Source of the DNA: a bacterium
GTDB lineage: Bacteria; Hinthialibacterota; Hinthialibacteria; H5-UNCL2
Assembly (NCBI GenBank): GCA_015075175.1
Contig: JABTUV010000006.1
Span: forward strand, 159,271-223,270
Reading direction: 5' to 3'
DNA: 64,000 bases
The position numbers were made by a program, and so were the translations under genes. How positions within the stretch are numbered: the first letter of the stretch is position 1; each line of letters opens with the position of its first letter. Under the pieces are notes generated by a model, which was not told the origin of the DNA, did not search any database, and was given only the letters and a program-made list of their open reading frames with translations. Shown here in pieces: positions 21,084 through 32,100 of the stretch.

Positions 21084-22157
21084 ATGAAGAAGTACCTTGT
21101 CGTCGCCCGGAAGGTCCTTGCGGCCCTCTTGGGACTGGTCGCGTTGATCCTGATCATCATGTGGATGTCCGGCGTGTTCAGCACGCGCGTGCCGCCCGAG
21201 CGCGTGACCCGGGCCGGCGAACGCGTCGCTCCCGCCTCCGCGACCGCCGAAGTGCACCAGGTTACCGAGCACGTAATCGAGGAGGCCGTGGGCACGCTGC
21301 GCGCCGAGCGTCGCACCCAGGTCTCCTCCAAGATTCTGGCGACCATCCAGGAGATTCGCGTGCGCGCGGGCGACAAGGTCGCCGCCGGCGACGTGCTGGT
21401 CGTTTTGGACAGCCGCGACCTGGCCAGCCGCCTCGCCCAGGCCCGCCAGAACGTCACCAGCCTGGAGGCCAACTTGAAGAACCTTAAGCTGGCCTACGAG
21501 CGCGAGAAGGCGCTGTTTGAGAACCAGGCCACCAGCAAGAGCTCGCTGGACCAGAAGGAGGCGGCTTACCACGTGGCCGAGGCCGAGCTGGAGCGGGGCC
21601 GGCAGGCGGTGCGCGAAGCCGAGGTAGCGACCACGCACGCCGTCATCCGGGCGCCGGTCGCGGGAGTGGTCGTCGACCGACTGGCGGAACCGGGGGACAT
21701 GGCCGCGCCCGGCCGTCCCCTCCTGTCCCTTTACGACGCGACCGCCCTGCGCCTGGAGGCTCCCGTGCGCGAACTTCTGGCGACGACGTTGAAAGTGGGC
21801 GACAGCCTCTCCGTGCGCATCGACGCGCTCGATCTCACCCTGCCGGGGACGGTGGATGAAATCGTGCCCGAGGCGGAGGCCGCCAGCCGTTCCTTTCTGG
21901 TCAAGGTCGGCATCCCGCGGCACGAGGGTCTCTACTCGGGCATGTTCGGGCGCCTGCTCATCCCCGCCGGCGAGCGCGAGCGTGTCTGCATGCCCCTCTC
22001 CGCGCTGGAAGAGGTCGGCCAACTGCAATTCGTCAACGTCATCGACCGCGGCCGGCTGGACCGCCGCCTGGTCAAGATCGGCGAGCACAGCGAACACGGC
22101 TTCGTCGAAGTGCTCTCCGGCGTGTCACCCGGCGAAGTCGTGCTTTTGACCCAGTAA
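21084..22157 (+). CDS. RND efflux periplasmic adaptor (MFP) subunit
   Basis: N-terminal TM, VRAGDKVAAGDVLVVLD, coiled coil, IRAPVAGVV, LYSGMFGR, VEVLSGVSPGE. Confidence 0.9.
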   Translation: MKKYLVVARKVLAALLGLVALILIIMWMSGVFSTRVPPERVTRAGERVAPASATAEVHQVTEHVIEEAVGTLRAERRTQVSSKILATIQEIRVRAGDKVAAGDVLVVLDSRDLASRLAQARQNVTSLEANLKNLKLAYEREKALFENQATSKSSLDQKEAAYHVAEAELERGRQAVREAEVATTHAVIRAPVAGVVVDRLAEPGDMAAPGRPLLSLYDATALRLEAPVRELLATTLKVGDSLSVRIDALDLTLPGTVDEIVPEAEAASRSFLVKVGIPRHEGLYSGMFGRLLIPAGERERVCMPLSALEEVGQLQFVNVIDRGRLDRRLVKIGEHSEHGFVEVLSGVSPGEVVLLTQ

Positions 22158-22233
22158 CCGCCATGAGCCAAGAGGCGCCGTTCACGCAGGTGGGCAAGCA
22201 CAGCACGCTGCGCAACTACGAGATGTAGCCGCT

Positions 22234-25200
22234 ATGAGCGAAAAGACTCCCTTCACGCAGCGCATCGTCGAGGTGTTCCTGGCGGGGAACCTCTCGATCA
22301 TCCTGATTTTGCTTTCGCTCCTGTGCGGCGCGGTCGCACTCTGGGTGACGCCGCGCGAGGAGGAGCCGCAGATCGTCGTCCCCCTCGCCGACGTGTTCAT
22401 CTCCGCTCCCGGCCTGTCGGTCGAGGAAGTGGAGAAGAACATCGCCACGCGCCTGGAGAAACTGCTCTACCAGATCGACGGCGTCGAGTACGTGTACTCC
22501 ATGTCGCGGCCCGGCCAGGCCATCGTCACGGTGCGCTTCTACGTCGGCGAGGACCGCGAGGACAGCCTGGTCAAGATCCATAACAAGCTCCAGTCCAACC
22601 TGGACCGGGTTCACGCGTCGATCACCGGCTGGGTCGTCAAGCCGCTGGAGATCGACGACGTGCCCATCGTGAACTTGACGCTGTGGAGCGAGCGGCCGGA
22701 GGAGTACAGCGACTATCATCTGCGGCGCATCGCCGAGGAGCTGGAGATCCGCCTGCAGTCGGTTCCCAACACCAACCGCGTGGAGGTACTGGGCGGCCGG
22801 CCGCGGGTGGTACGGGTGGAGCTGTCGTCCGAGCGGTTGGCGGCGCATACGGTGTCGGCGCTGGAGATCGCGCGCGCGCTCGCAGTCTCCAACGCGCAAC
22901 GGCCCGCCGGCGGCTTCTCGCAGACCAACCGCGCGTTTCTCGTGGATGCCGGCGTGTTCCTGGATCGCGTCTCCGACGTGGGCAATCTCGTGGTCGGGGT
23001 GCACGACGGCCGGCCCGTCTATCTGCGCGACGTGGCGGAGGTCATCGACGGACCCGATGAACTGGAGCACACCAGTTGGATCGGTTTCGGTCCCGCTGAC
23101 GAGACGCGGAGCGGGGACGGCGCCTATTATCCCGCGGTGCACCTGGCGGTCGCCAAGAAACGCGGCAGCAACGCCGTGACGGTGGCCCGCGCCGTGGAAA
23201 AGAAGGTCGCCGAGCTGGAAAAAACGCTCCTGCCCGACGGCGTCCACGCGCGCACCACCCGCAACTACGGCGAGACCGCCAACCACAAGGTCAACGAACT
23301 GGTCGAGAACCTGGCGGTCGCCATCGTGATCGTGATCGGCCTGATCGCGTTCACGCTCGGCTGGCGCGAGGCCCTGATCGTGGCGGTCGCCGTGCCCATC
23401 ACCTTCTCCCTCACGCTGCTGGTGAATTATCTCTTCGGCTACACCATCAATCGCGTCACGCTGTTTGCGCTTACGCTGGCGCTGGGTCTCGTGGTGGACG
23501 ATCCCATCGTGGACGTGGAGAACATCTATCGCCACCTGCGCATGGGCCGGGAGTCGCCCTTGCGGGCGGTGCTCTCGGCGGTCAATGAAGTCCGCCCGCC
23601 CATCATCCTGGCTACCCTGGCGGTGATCGTCTCGTTCGTGCCCATGTTTTTCATTACCGGCATGATGGGGCCTTACATGCGGCCGATGGCGCTGAACGTG
23701 CCGCTGTCGATGCTGATGTCGCTGGTCGTCGCGTTCACCATCACGCCCTGGATGAGCTACCACATGCTCAAGCGCGAAGCGCGCCCTTCTCCCCCCTTAA
23801 CAAGGGGGGCTGGGGGGGATGGCGCGCGCGAGGAAACCCCGCTGGTCCTGGAACGCACCCTGACCTACCGCGTCTACTCCAGCGTCCTGCGCCCGTTTCT
23901 CGCCTCGCGGCTGCTGGCCTGGGGGCTGTTGGCCGTAACGGCGGGCCTTTTCAGTTACGCCGTGTGGCTGGCGGCGGCGCGGCAGGTTCCGCTCAAGATG
24001 CTGCCCTTCGACAACAAGAACGAGTTCCAGCTGGTGCTGGACATGCCGGAGGGCACGACGCTGGAGACGACGGACGCGGCGGCGCGGGCGCTGGGCGAGG
24101 CGCTGCGCAGCGCGCCGGAAGTCGTCGATTTCCAGATCTACTGCGGCATGGCCTCGGCCATGGATTTCAACGGCCTCGTGCGCCACTACTATTTGCGCAC
24201 GGGTCCCAACGTCGCCGACCTGCGCGTCAACCTGCTGCCCAAGCGCAGGCGGATGCAGCAGTCGCACGAGATTCTCCTGCGCCTGCGGCCGGAACTGGAG
24301 GAAGTCGCGGCGGCCTGGGGCGGGAATCTCAAGCTGGTCGAGGTTCCACCCGGCCCCCCCGTCATATCGACTCTCACCGTAGAAGTGTACGGCGCGTTGG
24401 ACCGTCCTTACAGCGATCTGGCGGTCGCCGCGCGTCGGGTCGAGGAACGCCTGCGCCGCGAGCCGTTCGTCGTCGATGTCGATAGCACCGTTGAGGACAG
24501 GCAGACCAAGTGGGTGTTTACGACCGACAAGGAGAAGGCGGCGCTCTCCGGCGTCTCGACCGCGGACGTGGCGGAGACCGTCGCCCTGGCGCTCGCCGGC
24601 AAGCGGGCGACTTCGCTGCACGTGAAAAGCGAGGTCAATCCGCTCGACATCGTGCTGCGCCTGCCGCTATCGGAGCGAAGCAGTCTGGAAGACCTTCGCT
24701 CGCTCTATCTGAAAGGTCAGAACGGGCCGATGGTCCAACTGGGCGCGCTGGGAGAGTTCAGAGAGAGCGTCCAGGATCAGACCATTTACCACAAGAATCT
24801 GGAGCGGGTGGTGTACGTTTTCGCCGAGATGGCGGGGCGCGCGCCGGCGGAGGCGGTCGTGGACGCGATGGCGGACCTGGTCGCGCACGGAGCATCCCTC
24901 CCAGCCCCCCTCGTTAAGGGGGGATTGAGGGCGCTCTCGGAGCGCACTTATTATCGCAACGGCGGCGGGGATGGCTGGAGCATGCCGCCCGGCACGCGCG
25001 CCGTTTGGAACGGCGAAGGCGAATGGAAAATCACGCTCGACGTGTTTCGAGACCTGGGCGTCGCCTTCGGCGCCGCCTGCATCGGCATTTATATTCTGCT
25101 CATATTTCAAACCGGCAGCTACTTCATGCCGCTGATTCTGATGATCAGCATCCCGCTGACCATGATCGGCATCATGCCCGGCTTCTACCTGCTCAACCTG

Positions 25201-25596
25201 TTCACGCATCCCGTGGCCGGCTATCCCAACCCGGTGTTTTTCACGGCGACGGCCATGATCGGGATGATTGCGCTCTCCGGCATCGCGGTCCGCAACGCGA
25301 TTCTATTGATCGAGTTCGTGCACGAGGCGCTGCGGCGCGGCGAGAGCCTGTCGGCGGCGCTCCTCTCCTCGGGCGCGGTGCGATTCCGCCCCATCTTTCT
25401 CACCGCGGGAACCTCGCTCCTGGCCGCCTGGCCGATCACGCTCGATCCCATCTTCTCCGGCCTGGCCTGGGCGCTGATCTTCGGCCTCTTCGTGTCGACC
25501 GCCTTCACGCTCCTGGTGATTCCCATCGTGTATGATCTGGTGTATCGTAACCGGCAAGGGCACGGGCTGCCCCCCGCGCCGCTGGCGGAGAGATAG
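22234..25596 (+). CDS. RND efflux permease (AcrB/CzcA superfamily)
   Basis: PREEEPQI, LGLVVDDPIVDVENIYRH, GIAVRNAILLIEF, RFRPIFLT; 1120 aa. Confidence 0.93.
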   Translation: MSEKTPFTQRIVEVFLAGNLSIILILLSLLCGAVALWVTPREEEPQIVVPLADVFISAPGLSVEEVEKNIATRLEKLLYQIDGVEYVYSMSRPGQAIVTVRFYVGEDREDSLVKIHNKLQSNLDRVHASITGWVVKPLEIDDVPIVNLTLWSERPEEYSDYHLRRIAEELEIRLQSVPNTNRVEVLGGRPRVVRVELSSERLAAHTVSALEIARALAVSNAQRPAGGFSQTNRAFLVDAGVFLDRVSDVGNLVVGVHDGRPVYLRDVAEVIDGPDELEHTSWIGFGPADETRSGDGAYYPAVHLAVAKKRGSNAVTVARAVEKKVAELEKTLLPDGVHARTTRNYGETANHKVNELVENLAVAIVIVIGLIAFTLGWREALIVAVAVPITFSLTLLVNYLFGYTINRVTLFALTLALGLVVDDPIVDVENIYRHLRMGRESPLRAVLSAVNEVRPPIILATLAVIVSFVPMFFITGMMGPYMRPMALNVPLSMLMSLVVAFTITPWMSYHMLKREARPSPPLTRGAGGDGAREETPLVLERTLTYRVYSSVLRPFLASRLLAWGLLAVTAGLFSYAVWLAAARQVPLKMLPFDNKNEFQLVLDMPEGTTLETTDAAARALGEALRSAPEVVDFQIYCGMASAMDFNGLVRHYYLRTGPNVADLRVNLLPKRRRMQQSHEILLRLRPELEEVAAAWGGNLKLVEVPPGPPVISTLTVEVYGALDRPYSDLAVAARRVEERLRREPFVVDVDSTVEDRQTKWVFTTDKEKAALSGVSTADVAETVALALAGKRATSLHVKSEVNPLDIVLRLPLSERSSLEDLRSLYLKGQNGPMVQLGALGEFRESVQDQTIYHKNLERVVYVFAEMAGRAPAEAVVDAMADLVAHGASLPAPLVKGGLRALSERTYYRNGGGDGWSMPPGTRAVWNGEGEWKITLDVFRDLGVAFGAACIGIYILLIFQTGSYFMPLILMISIPLTMIGIMPGFYLLNLFTHPVAGYPNPVFFTATAMIGMIALSGIAVRNAILLIEFVHEALRRGESLSAALLSSGAVRFRPIFLTAGTSLLAAWPITLDPIFSGLAWALIFGLFVSTAFTLLVIPIVYDLVYRNRQGHGLPPAPLAER
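23789..23820. repeat. CCCCCCTTAACAAGGGGGG-type REP inside the RND gene
   Basis: Near-identical to intergenic 33345-33377. Confidence 0.85.
24894..24924. repeat. Second, inverted copy of the same REP inside the RND gene
   Basis: ATCCCTCCCAGCCCCCCTCGTTAAGGGGGGA, about 2 mismatches to the reverse complement of 23789-23820. Confidence 0.8.
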
Positions 25597-25639
25597 ATCG
25601 TCTCATAGGTCTCATAGGTCCCATGAAAGGAGTACCCTG

Positions 25640-25828
25640 ATGACTCTCGAGCGCTACATTCGAGCCATCGCCGGCAGTTTCATTCTCATCAGCCTGGCGC
25701 TGGCGCACTGGGTTTCCCCGTACTGGCTGTGGTTCACGGCCTTCGTGGGAGCCAACCTGCTGCAGTCGTCCATCACGCGCTGGTGCTTGATGGAGGACAT
25801 TCTCAGGAAGGCGGGCATCGCCAAGTAG
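25640..25828 (+). CDS. DUF2892 (YgaP-like) small membrane protein
   Basis: ERYIRAIAG..IL.SL.L, WFTAFVGANLLQSSITRWCLM; AGGAG RBS. Confidence 0.88.
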   Translation: MTLERYIRAIAGSFILISLALAHWVSPYWLWFTAFVGANLLQSSITRWCLMEDILRKAGIAK

Positions 25829-25829
25829 T

Positions 25830-25850
25830 GGTGGGTGAAACCCACCCTAC
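25830..25850 (-). repeat. GTAG-family REP between two convergent stop codons
   Basis: Minus strand GTAGGGTGGGTTTCACCCACC. Confidence 0.8.
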
Positions 25851-26071
25851 GCGCCGAGGGCCCAATACTTCTCGAACTCTTCGGAGCTGCTCTCGGTCGC
25901 CAGCTGGGGGCGGAAGAGCTTCATGCGCGGCGGCTTTTCGTTGCGCGTAGCCTCACCCGTCTCGGGCAGATGCTGCACGTAGCGGCGGATGGTGTAGTCG
26001 TCTTCCAACTCGTAGTAGAGCCAGGCGTAACCCTTGCCGGGGACGATCTGCGTGGTCTTTAAATACTTCAT
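25847..26071 (-). CDS. Hypothetical 74-aa protein (weak resemblance to DUF6881-like proteins)
   Basis: MKYLKTTQIVPGKGYAWLYYELEDD...SSEEFEKYW; genome-like codon usage; GAGGAAGG upstream. Confidence 0.6.
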   Translation of the reverse strand: MKYLKTTQIVPGKGYAWLYYELEDDYTIRRYVQHLPETGEATRNEKPPRMKLFRPQLATESSSEEFEKYWALGA

Positions 26072-26083
26072 GGCCTTCCTCAA

Positions 26084-26118
26084 ATGGGACCTATGGGACG
26101 AATAGGACCTATAGGACT
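26084..26118. repeat. 9-mer microsatellite (ATRGGACNN)x4
   Basis: Related tracts at 15454-15470, 25601-25624, 45254-45288, 53124-53150, 60001-60015. Confidence 0.8.
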
Positions 26119-26162
26119 CGCGACGCGCAGCCCAGCGCAGGTCAGCGCAGCACACTGCGCGA

Positions 26163-29100
26163 CTACGGGGCGGGGACGCCGGTGTTGCGGTTGTCGGCGC
26201 GGAAGCGCGGCCAGGGCGCGCGGCCGGGCAGGTCCAGGCCCGGCGCGTCCAGAATATGCAGCCCGCCCGGCGTTCCCACGATGATATCAAGGTCGCCGTC
26301 GCCGTCCACGTCCGCCAGGGTCGCGCCCGCTTCGATGGGTCCGTCCATCGGCCGCGGGAAGCCCGCCGTCATCGCGCCGCTTTCGCCCTCCAGCGCATAC
26401 AGGCGGCCGTCCAGCCCGCCGATCACGACCTCCAGTTTTCCGTCGCCGTCAATGTCGCCGACCACGGGCGAAGCGCGGAAGGCCACGTCCGCCCCGAAGT
26501 CGGCTTCCCACAACAGCGAACCGTCGGCGCGCCAGGCCGCCACGATGCCTTTCAGGTTGCCCAGAACCACGTCAACCGCGCCGTCGCCGGAAAGATCGGC
26601 GACCGCCGGTGAGCCGTCGAAGCCGCTGCCCGGCACGTGCCGCGAGGTCTTGACCGGCCAGCCGGAGAGGAAACGCCCCGTCCATGCCAGTCCGTACAGA
26701 TAAGCGTCGCGGCCGCCGATGACAATCTCGGGGAAGGCGTCGCCGTTGAGATTGACCAGCACGGGGGACGAGACGATCAAGTTCTGCGTCTGCAGCGGGA
26801 ATCCGAACAGCGTCACGCCGGTGGAATTGTGCGCGTGCACGAACGAATCCTCGCCGCCGAAGATCACGTCCATCCCGCCGCCCAGGTCGAGATCGGCCAG
26901 CGCCGCGCTGCTGCGAATCGGCTCGGTAGCCGTAATGGGCCATCCCGCCAACACTCCCGACACGGGATTAACCGCCCAGAGGTAGCCGGCGGTGTCGCCG
27001 ATGACCAGGTCCAGCGAACCGTCCCCGTCCAGGTCGGCGACGGCAGGCGAAGCGACCAGCTCGCCGCTGGCGGGCAGCGTCGAGACGGCGGCCTCAGCGA
27101 CGTTGCGCCAATGCGCCTCCTCGGAAGGCCGGAACGCCGCCTGGCGCAAATCAAATGCGCGCGCCTTCTCCTCCATCGGATTCCAGATGTACAGCCTGCG
27201 GTCGGAGGAGCCGATCACGATCTCCATCCCGCCCCCGCCGTCCAGATCGACCAGCGCGGGTGAGCTGTGCACGGGACCGCCGGTCGTCAACGAGGCTTTC
27301 ACGCCGCCGTCGGGGCGATAGACGAGGACCCGCCCGTCGACCGCGCCGATGACGAGCTCGCGCGCGCCGTCGCCGTCCAAATCCGCCACCGCCGCGGACG
27401 AAGTGAAACCGCCCGAGGCCGACTGCGGCCAGCCCGCCAGCGGCGGATACAGGTCCAGCGTGGGCGTGGAGTTCGGCGTGAAGCTGGGCGTGGGCGTGGC
27501 CGTCAAGGTCGCCGTGGGCGTCGGAGTCGCCGTCGGCGTGGGCGTGGATCGTTCGTACCAATGCAGCGCCCACATGAGCACGTCCAGATAGTTCTCCTTC
27601 CCATCCCCGTTGAAGTCCAGGTTGGCGTTCTCGCCCAGGTTGTCCCCCGAAGAACGTCAAGAGCGCCAGGAGGTCCAACTCGTCCACGCGATCAGTCGGC
27701 ACGAGATTGGGCGAGTTGTTGACGAACAGCGGCGTGTTGGTGGGCGGCGGCGTGGCTGTCTCGGTCGGCGTCGCGGTCGCCGGGCGTGTCCGTCGGGGGT
27801 CGCCGTAGCCGTGTCGGTGGGCGTGCCGGTCGCCGTGTCGGTCGGCGTGGCCGTGGCGGTATTGGTCGGCGTGGGCGTGGCCGTCGCGGTCGCCGTGGGC
27901 GTTGGTGTGAAACTGGCGGTGAAGCTCGGCGTAAAGCTGGCCGTATACGTGGCCGTCGCGGTCGCCGTGGGCGTACCCGTGTCCGTCGCGGTCGGCGTAC
28001 CCGTGGGCGTCGCCGTGAAAGTCGGAGTTGACGTGTAGGTGGGTCGGAGTGCCGGTAAACGTGGGCGTGTTTGTCGCCGTATCCGTCGGCGTCGGCGTAG
28101 GCGTTCGGTGAACGTCGCCGTGGGCGCCGGTAAAGGTGGGTCGCCGTCGCCGTGGGGTGGGAAGGCGTGTAGGTCGGCGCGTGTGGGCGTATCCGTCGCC
28201 GTATCCGTCGGCGTCGGCGTCGGGGTAGCGGTCGCCGTGTCCGTGGGGGGTTGGGTCGCCGTCGCGGTCGGCGTCCCCGTCCGGGTGAAGGTGGGCGTCG
28301 CCGTATGTGTCGGCGTGCCCGTGTTGGTCGGCGTGAACGTGGCCGTGGGCGTATCCGTCGGCGTCGGCGTGGCCGTGTCGGTAGGCGTGGGTGTGGGCGT
28401 CTTGGTAAACGGAATCGGCGTGGGCGTCGGCGTGAGCGTAAACGTGAACGTGCTCGTATTCGTCGGCGTTCCCGTGGGCGTCGCCGTGGGAGTCACCCCC
28501 AATACGCGCACCTCCAGCATCTCCGTCACGGACTCGATTCCGTCGCCGGCCGCCACCACGGGAAAGAAGGTCGCATCGGGTAGAAAGGCCGGCGGCAGGT
28601 AGCGAAACTCGCCCGTGGGATCAACGCTCATGCTCCCGGGCGCCCCATCGTCGAAGACCAGCGAAAAGACGATGGGGTCGCCGTCCTCGTCGCGGGCGGA
28701 AAGCGGATAGACCAGCTCCGTCACGCCGTCGGAGGGAACCGACAGGGGCGGAACCGGATCAAGTACCGGCGGGCGGTTCTCGAACAGGGGATGGACGCGC
28801 CCGTAGGCGATGGCGCCGGTGCGGCGCATGACTCCGCTGGGCCACAGGACCGTCGCATCTTTGATCAAGCGGTCGAAGAAACCGAAGTCCAGAAGTCCGT
28901 GATGCTGGCTGTGGTGGCCCATGATGGGGGCGTATTCCCGGACTTGCACCATGCCGGCGCCGTCGTCCGCCACCACGCGCGCGCCGTAACCGTCGCGGTT
29001 GGAGATGGAACCGATCAGTTTGAACTGGGCGAAGAGGTTCTTGTTGGGCGAGTTTTCAAAATAGAGGGCGCCCTGCGAGAGGTTGTCCACGACCGCCAGG

Positions 29101-32100
29101 TCGGGCCGGCCGTCGCCGTTGCCGTCGCCCCAGGCGGCGGCGCTGGGCGTCGCCGCCCCCACGCGATTGGCGGGATAGAGCAGCCCCGCCGCTTCGGAAA
29201 GCTCGGTAAACATGAGCGGCGCGCCCACCGGCGCCTGCACGTACAGCCTTCCCCCGGGCCGCCCCGCCACACCCGTGACGTACAGGTCCAACCGTCCGTC
29301 GTGGTTGAAGTCCATCCACGACGCCGTCATCCCCGGCTCGACCGGAAAGAGCAGACTGGTCACGTTTTCAAAGACGAGCGCTCCCGTTTCGTTCAGCTTG
29401 TTCTTGAGCAGAAGTCCCGGCTGCGTGGTCTCGACGCCGGTCAGATACAGGTCCACGTCGCCGTCGTTGTCGGCGTCGCCCCAGGCGCCGCCGGTGAAGT
29501 CAAACGGATAGGAACCGAGTCCGCTGGTACTCGTAGCATTGACAAAGCGCGCCTGGGAGATGTCCCAGACAAAGAGCAGCGGCCCGCCTGCCTGGCAAAT
29601 GAGCAGGTCCACGGCGTCGTCGTTGTTGACATCCACCGAGGCGGCCGAGAAGCCGGCGGCGAAAAGAGCCAGGTCGGGCGACGAGAAGGCGGTCGTGGTC
29701 GCGTCGTCAAAGCCGCCCGCGCCGTTATTGCGGAACATTCTGTGATTGCCCGACTGTCCCAGTACAAGAACATCCAACCATCCGTCGCGGTCGAAATCGA
29801 GCCAGAGAGCGGCGGCGGAATCGCCGGCGAAAGCCAGGCTGGTGGGAAGGAACTGCTTGCCGGTGTTGTTCCAGATGAAACCGCCCTGGCGCGTGCAGAG
29901 GTACAGATCGGGATCGCCGTCGTTGTCATAGTCGCCGAAGTAACCGCCGAGGCTGTCGCTGGCGCCGGTGATGCCCCAGGCGGAGGCGGCCTCGACAAAG
30001 GCGGCGTTGGCGGCGCCCGGCTCGCCGATGGAGATGCTTGCCTGGGGCAGGGACAAGACGATGCGCGACCCGTCAACCGCCGCGCCCAACTGCCGCAGGA
30101 AGAGCAGATTCTCGCCGTCGCGGGCGACGAAGCGGTCGTCGGCGCCGTCGCCGTTCACGTCTACCCAGGCCGCGCCGTGGGCGGGCGCGGCCGGCCCGCC
30201 CGTCTCCAGGCCACGCGAGGCCGAAAGCACGCGGAACGTGGGCAGGTAGGTGAACGCGGCCGGCATACCGCCGCGCAGGCCGGTGGCATCCTCGACTTTC
30301 ACGTCGACCACACCGGCCGCATGGGGCGGAGTGAGCGCCCGCAGGCTGGAGGGCCCGAGGAACTGGACCAGGGGCGAGGGCGCGTCGCCGAACGCAACCT
30401 GCATCGGATCGGAAAACAGCTTGCCGGAAATCTCGACCCACTCGCCGCCGGTCGTCTGGCCGAAGTTGGGCGTGACGGCCAGGACGACGGGTGAGCCTTC
30501 GACGCCGAACCATCCCGCCGGCCCCCCGTCGTCGGCGGCGGTGGCGGCGACCGACTGGCCCAGCTTGCGGAAGTCCAGCCCCGCCGGATTGACGTACAGC
30601 GGATCCGTGGGCGAGATCACCAGGTCCCCGACGCCCAGCGAGAGGCCCGATCCCGAGAGCGCCGGACCGTTCACGCCGAACACGTTGTGGTGAGAGGCGT
30701 AGTCGAGGATGCCGCCGCCCGGCTGATTCTGGACTCCGACGGTCGTGGAAAACTCGTCGCCGGCCAGGATGCTGTTGGTGAGCGTGACGCGCAGGATCGC
30801 CGGGCTGTTGACGCGAAGCGAGAGTTGCGCGCCGGAATTGGCGTAAAGGTCCACGTGATCAAGGGAGAGTCCGGCGCTGCCGGAGGACTCCATGGCGACG
30901 CCCGGGACGGCGTTGCCGAAGAAGAGACAGCGGGAGACGTCCAGGACGCCGCCGAGAAGCGAGAGGCCCGCGCCGCCGGCCGTGCCCGAGCCGTTGGAAA
31001 GAAAATAGTTGCGTTGCACCACGCCGTCGCATTGCGCCAGTTCGACGCCCGAGCGGCGCAGGCGCACAAAGGTCGTGTCCTCCACGAACACATGGGCCTG
31101 GTCCGCCCACACGCCCCACTCGGTCGTATCCAGGCCCTCAAAGAGACTGCGCACCACCGTCAGCGAGAAGCCGTCCAGGTAGCGGATGCCGTAGCTCTTC
31201 TGCCGGATGAACCGACAGTTGCGCACCTCCAGGGTGCAGGGCGAACTGTCGAAGATGATGCCGACATCCTGGTCGGCGAGATTACTGGTAAAGGTGCAGG
31301 AAGTGACGAGCGAGCCGCGAATCGTGCCGGAGCGGATGCCGGCGATCTGGTTGTCGGCGAAGAGCGAATCCACGACCTGCAGGCGGCCGTTGCCCTGCGT
31401 CACGTAGATGCCGAACTCGTTGCCGGACAGGTCGAGTCGTTCGGCGTTGAGAATGCTCTGGAGGGTGGAGAAACCGCGGGCGCGGCCGCTGCAGCGCACG
31501 GCGTTGGCCAGGATGACGCCGCCGCCTTCCTCCACCAGTCCGTGGCTGCCGGCGCTGGGGGGAAAGACCACGCGAAAGAGGTCCAGCGTGACGCCCGGTG
31601 AGGCCACCATCTTGATCGCCTGCCCCTGCCCGCCCTGGCTGAGCGTACTGTCGCGGATGGCGATGGGTCCGCTCGCGCCCGAAATGAGCACGCCGGTGTT
31701 GTCACTCCCCAAAGCCGAGAATCCCTCAGTAATCAGATTGTCGGCGGCGACCTGACCGCAATTTACGAGCAGTCCCGTCTGCGGAACCAGCGCGCCCGAG
31801 ACCGAGAGCGTGAGGGCGGAGAGGCGGGCGCCGGTCGCGCTGGGCAGGAGCGCCAGGGCAGGCCATGCGCTGCCGTTGCTCAACGTCAGGTTGGCCAGCG
31901 ACGTGCGCGTCGCCGACGCAACCACCGTAGCGGGCGTGAGCGCCGAATCCAGCCGGTCCAGCCGACCCGGCCGCTGCCCCCACAGGTGCAGATAGGGGAC
32001 GGACAGGTCGATCGGCGACAGAAGGTTGGCCGCTGTGCCGGTAAAGAAGATGATGTCGCCCAGTTGCGCGGCCGCCAACGCCTCCGACAGCGAGTACTCG

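Noticed and set aside
27750-28500. GTGGGC/GTCGGC-like DNA repeats as a non-coding array
   Set aside because: They encode the Thr-Pro linker on the minus strand
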